The notes beneath the pieces were generated by a model. That model had not been told where the DNA came from. It searched no databases and saw only the letters and a list, made by a program, of their open reading frames with translations. The position numbers and the translations under genes are program-made. Shown in pieces: positions 1 to 6,876 of a stretch of DNA of 15,022 nucleotides. The DNA is from Thermoproteaceae archaeon (GTDB taxonomy: Archaea > Thermoproteota > Thermoprotei > Thermoproteales > Thermoproteaceae). The first letter of the stretch is position 1. The number at the start of each line of letters is the position of its first letter. Where the stretch lies: the NCBI GenBank assembly GCA_020833025.1, contig JAJHRB010000039.1:1-15022 (forward strand), written 5' to 3'.

Positions 1-2
1 GC

Positions 3-473
3 GATCTGGCAGCAGTCCTCGAGCCCGGCGCCCCGCGCCCCTCTGAGAGGCTGGAGGCCGTGAGGCGCACCGCCGCCGCGGGAGTGCCCGTCAGCGTGAG
101 ACTCGATCCCCTGATACCTTACATAAACGATGACCCCGAGAATGTCGAAAGCGTTATATCAGCGGCGGCGCGCGCCGGGGCATCTCACGTCGTGGTCAGC
201 ACGTACAAGGCAAGGCGCGACAACTTTGCACGCCTTGCGAGGGCCTTTCCTGATCTCGCGAGCCTCTGGCAGAGGCTGTACTTCATCGAGGGCACCTACT
301 TTCACGGCCAGTGGTACGCTCCGAAGAGCTACAGGGCGAGGGTGTTGGGGCTCGCGGCGAGCGCCGCCGAGAAGTACGGAGTTGCACTCACAGTCTGTAG
401 GGAGGGGTTTGCGCACTTGAGCGCCCCCGGCTCGCGCTGCGACGGCAGCCACCTAATGCCGGCGCGCAGCTGA
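3..473 (+). CDS. SplB/spore-photoproduct-lyase-like radical SAM protein, C-terminal part (5' truncated by window edge)
   Basis: Frame is open from position 3 (DLAAVLEPGAPRPSERLEAVRR...) to TGA 471-473. 'LEPGAP..SERL', 'GVPVSVRLDPLIPYIND' and the C-terminal 'C.E' are typical of COG1533-type proteins. The CxxxCxxC motif would lie upstream of the window. Confidence 0.75.
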   Translation, partial: DLAAVLEPGAPRPSERLEAVRRTAAAGVPVSVRLDPLIPYINDDPENVESVISAAARAGASHVVVSTYKARRDNFARLARAFPDLASLWQRLYFIEGTYFHGQWYAPKSYRARVLGLAASAAEKYGVALTVCREGFAHLSAPGSRCDGSHLMPARS

Positions 474-490
474 CGGCGGCCGGCGAGAGG

Positions 491-497
491 TATATAT
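491..497 (+). promoter_or_regulatory. Putative archaeal TATA box (TATATAT)
   Basis: The only AT-rich tract in this GC-rich intergenic region. It lies ~25-29 nt upstream of the structured element starting at 520. Confidence 0.5.
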
Positions 498-519
498 TTC
501 CGTGCAGTGAGCGACACAC

Positions 520-733
520 GCCCCTGGCGTGGGGTGTCGAGAGGCCGCGCCGGCGCCGATGAAAGCGCCCCCTCCAGGGGGCGCACACGCGCCCTCGCCC
601 CTCCCTCAGTATCTCCCAGTCCGTGACGGCCGGCGGGCCGGCCGCGCGCTCCAGAGTGAGGGGGGAGGGAGGGGGGCGGGGCCTCCTGGCGCATCGATCT
701 CCAGACCGCCCGGCCCCTCCGTTAGGCAGGGGC
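520..733 (+). ncRNA. Candidate structured non-coding RNA or long structured 5' leader, family unassigned
   Basis: Ends pair (GCCCCTG 520-526 / CAGGGGC 727-733). Internal perfect hairpins at 565-584 and 627-644, plus a long imperfect stem 591-607/665-682. TATA box just upstream. No convincing ORF. Confidence 0.35.
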
Positions 734-769
734 ACGCACGCAAAAATACCACGTCAGGAGGAGGGCTCC

Positions 770-1498
770 GTGCTCTCCGTTAAAGAGCTGACGGCATATA
801 GGGGCGGGAAGGCCGTGGTGGAGGGCGTGACGCTCTCCGCCTCGCGCGAGCTCGTCCTGATCACCGGGCCCAACGGGGCCGGCAAGACGACGCTCCTCCT
901 CGCAATTCTCGGGCTGGTGCCCCACACGGGCGAGGTGTGCGTCGATGGAACTTGCGGCGCTGAGCGCGTCGTGAAAATAGGTTACGTGCCTCAGTGCATA
1001 ACGCCGGAGGCCCGGGCGACGGTGTGGGAGTACGTTTACCTTCCTGCTAAGTTCCGGGGAGTGAGAGACCCGGAGGGGGCCTCCGAGAGAGCCCTCAGAG
1101 CGGTCGGGATGCGCGAGCTCAGAGACGCGCCCGTCGACTCGCTCTCGGGGGGCCAGTTGCAGAGGGCCGCGATAGCCAGGGCGCTGGCCACGGGAGGAGA
1201 CGTGCTGCTGCTCGACGAGCCGTTCGCCAATGTAGACCCGCAGGGCAGGGTCGAGCTGCTCTCGCTGCTTGGGGAGCTCAAGAGGGATAGAACGGTCCTC
1301 GTGACGACGCATGAGCTCTCGCTGCTGCTCCCCATCGCCGACAGAGTGATGCTCCTAAACAGGAGGGTTCTCGCGTACGGTAGGCCGGAGGAGGTCGTGA
1401 GAGAGGAGGTGCTGCGCAGTGTGTACAGGTACGTGCGCGTGGGCGCGACGCCGCGGGGCATTTGCTGCGTGACGGAGGACTTCGCGCACCCGCACTGA
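770..1498 (+). CDS. Metal (Zn/Mn-type) ABC transporter ATP-binding protein, ZnuC-like
   Basis: Walker A GPNGAGKTT, Q-loop 'GYVPQ', signature LSGGQ, Walker B LLLDEP, H-loop TTHE, and a Cys/His tail (ICC...HPH). GTG 770 follows AGGAGGAGG; the ORF-track start at 623 is probably too long. Confidence 0.85.
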   Translation: MLSVKELTAYRGGKAVVEGVTLSASRELVLITGPNGAGKTTLLLAILGLVPHTGEVCVDGTCGAERVVKIGYVPQCITPEARATVWEYVYLPAKFRGVRDPEGASERALRAVGMRELRDAPVDSLSGGQLQRAAIARALATGGDVLLLDEPFANVDPQGRVELLSLLGELKRDRTVLVTTHELSLLLPIADRVMLLNRRVLAYGRPEEVVREEVLRSVYRYVRVGATPRGICCVTEDFAHPH

Positions 1499-1578
1499 GC
1501 GCGCTAACGGTGGCAGCTCACTTCGGGCAGGTAAATTCCCGCCTGAGGGCGGGTAGAGGCGCGCAGAGACAAAGGAGC

Positions 1579-1674
1579 TGGGGCCGCCGCCGGGATTTGA
1601 ACCCGGGTCAACGGGACCACGAGGCCCAGCACTGCTGGTCAACCCGCCATCCTGACCGCTAGACTACGGCGGCC
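1579..1674 (-). tRNA. tRNA-His(GUG) with encoded G-1 and CCA, containing a 20-nt intron
   Basis: Minus strand reads G-GCCGCCG TA GTCT AGCGGTCA GGAT G GCGGG TT G[intron]TG GT CCCGT TGAC CCGGG TTCAAAT CCCGG CGGCGGC C CCA. This is a full cloverleaf, and G-1:C73 is the His identity element. Confidence 0.93.
1620..1639 (-). other. tRNA intron at position 34/35 (ACCAGCAGTGCTGGGCCTCG)
   Basis: Bulge-helix-bulge: 4-bp helix GGGU/GCCU, 3-nt bulges UGA and CGU, intron helix CCAGC/GCUGG. Cleavage after the second nt of each bulge restores the GUG anticodon. Confidence 0.8.
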
Positions 1675-1943
1675 GTCACGCTACCGTGATTAAAATTATA
1701 AAGCTTTACGCCAGTAGCTTCTCTGCTGCAAGCTAATACGGCGCGCCGGAGGCCCTCCACGAAGCGGGGAGGGGGATTCGCGCCCCCAACGCGCTCGAGA
1801 ACGAGCCCGGGCAGGAGCTTCTTGTCGTAATCGCCGATCATTCGCTTTATCGCGTCTACGACCTCCCTGCACGTGAGGCCAGAGCCCGAACCGCCCGGCG
1901 AGTAGTTTCTCGGCAGGCTTGCAGCGCGCCTAACTCCAAAACC
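1659..1943 (-). pseudogene. Possible gene remnant (…LTCREVVDAIKRMIGDYDKKLLPGLVLERVGG…)
   Basis: Open minus frame between TAG at 1944-1946 and a stop inside the tRNA. Codon usage is host-like over ~1710-1880. There is no good start and the frame overlaps the tRNA promoter. Confidence 0.2.
1696..1702 (-). promoter_or_regulatory. TATA box of tRNA-His (TTTATAA on minus strand)
   Basis: AT-rich tract 22-28 nt upstream of the tRNA 5' end at 1674. Confidence 0.7.
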
Positions 1944-1962
1944 CTAAAACTTTCGCCCAGCG

Positions 1963-2095
1963 CGAAGAACGGCGCTTCGGCTTTACCCAGTGCCGTGTTT
2001 GATGAACGTAGAGCGGGGTTTCAAGCCGGCCGCCGAGCCAACAAAAAGCCGGAGAGAAGCCCAAAAACTCGCAAGAGCCGGACACGCGGGCGGCC
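1963..2095 (+). promoter_or_regulatory. CRISPR leader (copy 1, probably decayed)
   Basis: Aligns without gaps to 10514-10646. Shared motifs sit at identical offsets from the repeat: CGAAGAACGGC (-133), ACCCAG.GCCG.GTT...TGAACGTA.AGCGGG (-111), GAGAAGC (-42), ACGCG.GCGGC (proximal). Confidence 0.7.
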
Positions 2096-2117
2096 GAATC
2101 TCAAGAAGGGTTGAAAC
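2096..2117 (+). CRISPR. Solitary CRISPR repeat GAATCTCAAGAAGGGTTGAAAC
   Basis: Identical to the repeat at 10716-10737 and preceded by a leader homolog. No second repeat is found downstream. Confidence 0.7.
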
Positions 2118-2216
2118 TGCGTTGGGATCAGGCTCCGAGAAGGCCGCCGAGACGGCCCCCGGCGGTACCTGCGGAACACGGCGGCAGACTTATTAGAGGG
2201 GCGGGGACCTGCCCCC

Positions 2217-2579
2217 ATGGATCTGGCAAAAATAGGCGTTCTGCTGATCGGCGTGGCTCTCATGGTACTCGCCGTCACTGCCGCGCTCTCATATCTTGGC
2301 GTGAGGCCGAGCTCCGGCCCGCCGCCCGCCACCCCTACGCCTCTAAACGCCTACTGCGTCGACCGTGTTGTCGTAATCTCGGCGCATGTCGATCTGAGGG
2401 GCGTGAGAGTGGTGGACGCGGACGGGAGAGTTTACTGCGCCTTTGACCGCGTCCAGGCGGGGTCGGACAGGGTGTGCCGGGTCGGCAACACCACGCTCTA
2501 TCTCGTGGAGGCCGGCGACATCTCCCGCGCTGTTTTCTGCCGCTTGCCGCATGCAATTCGAACGCCCGCGGGAGACTGA
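2217..2579 (+). CDS. Hypothetical membrane-anchored protein
   Basis: 120 aa with an N-terminal hydrophobic helix, a Pro-rich linker and a beta-rich domain with 4 Cys. TTATTA lies ~27 nt upstream. Confidence 0.7.
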   Translation: MDLAKIGVLLIGVALMVLAVTAALSYLGVRPSSGPPPATPTPLNAYCVDRVVVISAHVDLRGVRVVDADGRVYCAFDRVQAGSDRVCRVGNTTLYLVEAGDISRAVFCRLPHAIRTPAGD

Positions 2580-2603
2580 TTTAAGAGCCCCTCTCAATCT
2601 CTC

Positions 2604-2813
2604 GTGCTCAGAGTTGAGAGGCAGGGCCCGCTCGTGAGGCTCGCGTACAGCGGGGGCGGCAGGGAGGCAGTGGCGGTGGGGCCGGCCGGCGACCTGCCGT
2701 CGCTGCTCGGCGTCTTCGTCGCGCAGATGGTCAGGGAGGGCTTCTCGGCGGAGGAGATGTGCCGCGCGCTGCGAGAGGCGCTGGAGGCACTCCGCGGGCG
2801 CCCCAACCTTTAA
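2604..2813 (+). CDS. Small hypothetical protein
   Basis: 69 aa with host-like codon usage. TTTAAG TATA-like box at 2580-2585. Lies directly upstream of eif2g. Confidence 0.65.
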   Translation: MLRVERQGPLVRLAYSGGGREAVAVGPAGDLPSLLGVFVAQMVREGFSAEEMCRALREALEALRGRPNL

Positions 2814-2829
2814 AGCGGCGCCGCACTTA

Positions 2830-4065
2830 ATGCCGATGGGGGGTTTTGTCTACCCAGACGCCGTGGTGACAACGGCAGGTCACGTCGATCACGGGAAGAC
2901 CCAGACGACTTACGCGCTGACGGGAGTGTGGGCGATGAGGCACAGCGAGGAGATGAAGAGAGCCATGACGATAAAGCTCGGCTACGCGCAGATGGGAATT
3001 TACGATTGCGGCGAGGAGTACTACTACCCCGACGGGATGCTCAGGAACGGGAGGTGCCCGAACGGGTCCGAGCCGAGGCTAATCCGGCGCATATCAATAC
3101 TTGACGTCCCGGGGCACGAGGTTCTCGTCGCGACGATGGTGTCCGGCGCGGCTGTTGTCGACGGCGCGCTGCTCGTCGTGGACGCGTCGCAGCCAGCGCC
3201 CCAGCCGCAGACAGTGGAGCACTTCGCGGTACTGGACATAATCGGCGTCAGGAACGTCGTGGTGGCGCAGAATAAGATCGATCTCGTGACCAAGGAGAAG
3301 GCTGTGGAGAACTACAGGCAGGTAAGGAGGTTCCTGGCGGGGACGTGGGCCGAGAGGGCAAAGATAGTGCCGATATCGGCGCTTCACAGGGTGAACATAG
3401 ACGTCCTCGCGACCCACATGGCCAAGGCGGTGCCGCCGCGTGAGGCCGAGCTGGGAAAGCCGGCGAGACTGTCAGTGCTCCGGAGCTTTAACGTCAACCC
3501 GCCGGGAACCCCGCCGGACAAGCTCAAGGGCGGCGTCCTCGGGGGCACGCTGCTGCAGGGAGTGCTGAGAGTCGGCGATGAGATTGAAATAAGGCCGGGG
3601 CTCAAGACCGACAGGGGGTACCGGCCAATACTCACTAGGGTCTTGAGCATAGAGTACGGCGGGTACAGAATTGAGGAGGCAAGGCCGGGAGGGCTAGTCG
3701 GCATCATGACGGGGCTCGACCCCGCGCTGACAAAGGCAGACGCGCTCGCCGGGACCATAGCCGGCAAGCCAGGCACGCTGCCCCCCGCGTGGACCGCGAT
3801 AGAGGTTGAGGTGAGAGCAATTCCGAGGTCGCTCGTGACAGGGCTGGAACAGTTCAAGCCGGGAGAGGTCGTCCTAGTCGCAGCGGGACCTGCCACGACG
3901 TTCGGCGTCGTGCAGGCTGTCGGGAGGGGGCTCGTGACAATAGTGCTCAAGAAGGCCGTGTGTGCAGAGCAGGGGTCAAAGGCCGTGATAATAAGGCAGA
4001 CGAAGAACAGGTGGGTCGTGACAAACTACGGCATCATAAAGGGAGGGAAGGCCGTTCTCGAGTGA
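2830..4065 (+). CDS. eif2g: Translation initiation factor 2 subunit gamma (aIF2-gamma)
   Basis: GHVDHGKT, 'RHSEE.KR.MTIKLGY', DVPGHE, QNKID and 'RSFNVNPPG...GGV.GG' motifs. The true start may be ATG 2836, 27 nt after TTTAAA at 2809. Confidence 0.96.
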   Translation: MPMGGFVYPDAVVTTAGHVDHGKTQTTYALTGVWAMRHSEEMKRAMTIKLGYAQMGIYDCGEEYYYPDGMLRNGRCPNGSEPRLIRRISILDVPGHEVLVATMVSGAAVVDGALLVVDASQPAPQPQTVEHFAVLDIIGVRNVVVAQNKIDLVTKEKAVENYRQVRRFLAGTWAERAKIVPISALHRVNIDVLATHMAKAVPPREAELGKPARLSVLRSFNVNPPGTPPDKLKGGVLGGTLLQGVLRVGDEIEIRPGLKTDRGYRPILTRVLSIEYGGYRIEEARPGGLVGIMTGLDPALTKADALAGTIAGKPGTLPPAWTAIEVEVRAIPRSLVTGLEQFKPGEVVLVAAGPATTFGVVQAVGRGLVTIVLKKAVCAEQGSKAVIIRQTKNRWVVTNYGIIKGGKAVLE

Positions 4066-4187
4066 GGGCGGCTCAGACCGCGGAATACATCTCACCGGTC
4101 GAGAGGGGGCAAGTCGTCCTCATCGCCGTCTGTGCCCGCGTGTTTGATATTTGAGCCTTTGTTGCGCGGCAGGGCTGCTGCCGCCCC

Positions 4188-4400
4188 CTAGCTCACCACA
4201 GGTATCCTCGCCCGCCTCATCAAGTCCCTGAAGTGGTCCAAATTCAGCCCGCTGATCCACTGGGCCCGCCGGAGGTCCCCGGTCTCGACATAATAGATCA
4301 ACGCGGCCCTTAGCCTTGGGGGGAGTCTCTCGATGAAGTTCCAGTCGGCGTGTTTTCTTCTGAGCTCTCTGGCCTCTGCCTCCTCCTGACCAAGTTCCAT
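4188..4400 (-). CDS. Antitoxin-like HTH protein, paralog of 4890-5105; possibly a 5'-truncated copy
   Basis: Shares ARELRRKHADWNFIERLPP.LRAALIYY.E.GD with the upstream paralog. Its ATG lies inside the PIN coding region. Confidence 0.55.
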   Translation of the reverse strand: MELGQEEAEARELRRKHADWNFIERLPPRLRAALIYYVETGDLRRAQWISGLNLDHFRDLMRRARIPVVS

Positions 4401-4900
4401 ACTTGCTCCCAGTCTCTCCTCCTAAATAAGTGCAGCGCTTCCCTCTCGTACCGTCTCAGCTCCTCCACAATGTTTTGTACGAGCCCACGCCTCCAGGCCT
4501 CCACAAGCACCTCGAATGCCCTCCACACGGTCACGTCGAGCGTGAGCACGCGCGGCGCGAAGAAGGCGCCGCTGTTTTCGGAAAGCGCCGTGTATCCAAA
4601 CCTTAAGCCCGCGGCCAGACACACAGCCTCAGGGTAGTCGATCGCCTTGAGAGGCTTGGACCGGCTTAGCGCCATGAGCTCCCTTGCCCTCGCCTCGATG
4701 TCCGGCGTCTCCGTAAAGAGGGCGAAGGAGCCGTCTGCGAGCCTCTCTGCAATCCAGTCCACTGCAGGCGGCAGCTGGATCTCCCGCAGCACAGACTCCG
4801 GCACGTGAATGACGTCGAATAGTTGTGTCAGTAAGTCGCGCCTCGAGTACCGGCTCCAGTCTATGAGGAAGGAGGAGTCGGCTATGGCCTCACGTAACAC
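4310..4900 (-). CDS. PIN-domain (VapC/DUF3368-like) ribonuclease toxin
   Basis: N-terminal 'AIADSSFLID', 'VPESVLREI', 'DYPEAVCLA' and 'LSEN' acidic PIN motifs. Start overlaps the antitoxin stop. Confidence 0.8.
   Translation of the reverse strand: MLREAIADSSFLIDWSRYSRRDLLTQLFDVIHVPESVLREIQLPPAVDWIAERLADGSFALFTETPDIEARARELMALSRSKPLKAIDYPEAVCLAAGLRFGYTALSENSGAFFAPRVLTLDVTVWRAFEVLVEAWRRGLVQNIVEELRRYEREALHLFRRRDWEQVWNLVRRRQRPESSEENTPTGTSSRDSPQG
4324..4377 (+). repeat. 54-bp perfect direct repeat, copy 1
   Basis: AGTCTCTCGATGAAGTTCCAGTCGGCGTGTTTTCTTCTGAGCTCTCTGGCCTCT, identical to 5026-5079. Confidence 0.9.
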
Positions 4901-5105
4901 TGGGGACCCTTGCCTTTATCCTCAGCTCGTTGAACTCGGCCACGGACATTCCGGCGATGCGGGACGCGACGTAGATATCCCCGGCCTCAATGTAGTAAAT
5001 CAGCGCCGCTCTGAGCTTAGGCGGAAGTCTCTCGATGAAGTTCCAGTCGGCGTGTTTTCTTCTGAGCTCTCTGGCCTCTCTGAGCGCCTCAAGAACCTCC
5101 TCCAT
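4890..5105 (-). CDS. Putative antitoxin (UPF0175-like HTH) of the PIN toxin
   Basis: 71 aa, directly upstream of and overlapping the PIN gene. C-terminal 'ASRIAGMSVAEFNELRIKARVP' is an HTH-like pattern. Confidence 0.7.
   Translation of the reverse strand: MEEVLEALREARELRRKHADWNFIERLPPKLRAALIYYIEAGDIYVASRIAGMSVAEFNELRIKARVPSVT
5026..5079 (+). repeat. 54-bp perfect direct repeat, copy 2
   Basis: Identical to 4324-4377. Confidence 0.9.
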
Positions 5106-5342
5106 GACTGCAGACAGGCGGGGAGGTTATGAGCTATTTGTGCCTCAACGATTGCACAGCGCGTGCAATGTTGTTTCTAGCAGCCGCGCCTATCTTAACA
5201 GGATGAAGAAGGTCAAGACCCGCCCTCGCCGCATTACCAACGGCCTTTGACGCAACCGTCATCGCGACAGTGACGTGAGACAGGCGGGCGTATCGCCGGC
5301 AAACTCAGCGGGGGCAGTTTAAAATGCCGTGCAATTAGGTAT

Positions 5343-5699
5343 GTGGGCTTTCTCAGAGTTAAGGTCGGCCTTTTTGAGCCGACAAGGCCTGAGAGGGTCG
5401 TGGAGATAGAGGCGGTGGTGGACACCGGCGCCATTTACAGCGTGGTGAGGCGGGACATTCTCGAGCAGCTTGGCGTGAGACCTCTTGCGAGGAAGAAGTT
5501 CAGGGCCCTCGGGGGCCACGTTGAGAGAGACGTGGGCGAGGTCGGGATGGTGTTGATGGGCGAGAGGCGCACGGTTCCCGTCATCTTCGGCGAGGGGGGA
5601 GACCCCGCCGTGCTGGGCGTGACGGCGCTTGAGATTTTTGGCCTTGAGGTGGACGTCGTGAGGGGTACTCTAAGAGAGGCGGAGCTGCTCCTCCTCTAG
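5343..5699 (+). CDS. Clan AA (retropepsin-like) aspartic protease-like protein
   Basis: 'AVVDTGA' catalytic motif and C-terminal 'VLGVTALE.FGL.VD'. TTTAAAA at 5318-5324 lies 25 nt before the GTG. Confidence 0.8.
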   Translation: MGFLRVKVGLFEPTRPERVVEIEAVVDTGAIYSVVRRDILEQLGVRPLARKKFRALGGHVERDVGEVGMVLMGERRTVPVIFGEGGDPAVLGVTALEIFGLEVDVVRGTLREAELLLL

Positions 5700-5773
5700 C
5701 GCCTAGAGTCAGGGTTGCAGGCGAGCTCCCGCGCCCCCGAGGGCAGTTTTTATTGTGCGGGCGGGCTTCCGGC

Positions 5774-6853
5774 GTGTCTTGCGAGCTCGAGCCGCTGGGG
5801 AGGTACCACGTGCTAGAGGGCCCGAGAGTCAAGCTGAGAGCCTCGGCGGCGCGCGCCCTGATAGAGATGCACTACGGCGCGGCGGGCCACGCGACGGTCG
5901 AGCTCTGCAAGTGGACTAGAGAGGCGCTGGAGGGCGGCAGGTCTTGTTACAAGGTGAAGTTCTACGGGGCGCCCGCCGGCGGCTCCCACCGCTGCGTCGA
6001 GATGTGCCCCGTGGGGCTCGTGTGCAGCAACCGCTGCGTGTACTGCTGGAGGCCCACCGAGGAGTTCGACTCGTTCCTAGTTGACGACAGGTTCTACATG
6101 GAGCCCGAGGAGATCGTCAGGGGGGTGCTCGAGGAGAGGAGGAGGCTGCTCTCGGGCTACTGGGGCCACCCCGAGGGCCGCAAGAGGATTAAAGAGGCCC
6201 TCGAGCCGACTCACTGGGCCGTGTCGCTGTCCGGGGAGCCCGCCATGTACCCGAAACTGCCGGAGCTGATCAAGCTCGTGAGGTCGCTGCCGGGCACGAG
6301 ATCCGTCTTTCTCGTGACGAACGGGCAGCACCCGGAAATGCTAAGGCGCCTAGTGGAGGAGGACGCCTTGCCGACGCAGCTGTACCTGTCCGCAAACGCC
6401 CCGAACAGGGAGCTCTACTACGCGATTAACGTCCCCGTCTACCGCAGGGAGGACGCGTGGGAGAGGTGGCTCGAGTCGCTGGACATCGCGGCCAGGGCGC
6501 CCGCGCGCACGGTCCTCCGCATAACGCTAATCAGAAGCCTCAACTGCGCCGAGAAGTACATACCGGAGTTCGCCGAGATCGTCGCGCGAGGGAGGCCTCA
6601 CTTCGTCGAGGTCAAGAGCTACATGCACCTCGGCCACGCGACGTTCCGCATGAGGAGGGAGGACATGCTGAGCCACGAGGAGGTGAGAGAGTGGGCGCGC
6701 GGGCTGCTCGCCGAGCTCGGGAGGCTCGGCGCCGAGTTCGAGTACATGGACGAGGACGAGGCGAGCCGGATCGTCGTGCTGCAGAACAAGGACAGGTATG
6801 TCGACAGGTGGATAGTGCCCCCGGGCGCGGCGGCCGCCGGCGCGCTGGCTTAA
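5774..6853 (+). CDS. taw1: 4-demethylwyosine synthase TYW1/Taw1 (radical SAM)
   Basis: 'HATVELCKWT', 'CYKVKFYG', 'SHRCVEM.P', CSNRCVYCWR, 'SLSGEP', 'FLVTNG', 'PTQLYLS' and 'FVEVKSYMHLG'. GTG 5774 chosen by TATA spacing (TTTTTA at 5747); the ORF track starts at 5753. Confidence 0.92.
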   Translation: MSCELEPLGRYHVLEGPRVKLRASAARALIEMHYGAAGHATVELCKWTREALEGGRSCYKVKFYGAPAGGSHRCVEMCPVGLVCSNRCVYCWRPTEEFDSFLVDDRFYMEPEEIVRGVLEERRRLLSGYWGHPEGRKRIKEALEPTHWAVSLSGEPAMYPKLPELIKLVRSLPGTRSVFLVTNGQHPEMLRRLVEEDALPTQLYLSANAPNRELYYAINVPVYRREDAWERWLESLDIAARAPARTVLRITLIRSLNCAEKYIPEFAEIVARGRPHFVEVKSYMHLGHATFRMRREDMLSHEEVREWARGLLAELGRLGAEFEYMDEDEASRIVVLQNKDRYVDRWIVPPGAAAAGALA

Positions 6854-6876
6854 ATGCTGGTGCCGGCGCTGTGCCG

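Noticed and set aside
520-733. Firm call as RNase P RNA or SRP RNA
   Set aside because: No CR-V/P4 3' strand in the right place and no SRP helix-8 motif on either strand; kept only as an unassigned candidate.
623-769. N-terminal extension of the ABC ATPase in the ORF track
   Set aside because: Low-complexity Gly/Arg/Pro translation of structured GC-rich DNA; the SD-preceded GTG at 770 gives a normal-length ATPase.
1999-2005. TGATGA as box C of a C/D sRNA (also GTGATGA on the minus strand near 9899-9905)
   Set aside because: No correctly spaced D'/D (CTGA) boxes.
2180-2202. GCGGCAGACTTATTAGAGGGG as a decayed second repeat of the first CRISPR locus
   Set aside because: Poor match, no TTGAAAC end, and spacing too long; better explained as the TATA box of the 2217 gene.
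6457-6876. Long N-terminal extension of the panD ORF, plus many antisense or overlapping ORFs in the track (e.g. 722-1312, 3384-3950, 6931-7404, 7870-8190)
   Set aside because: Shadow ORFs overlapping well-supported genes, as expected at high GC.
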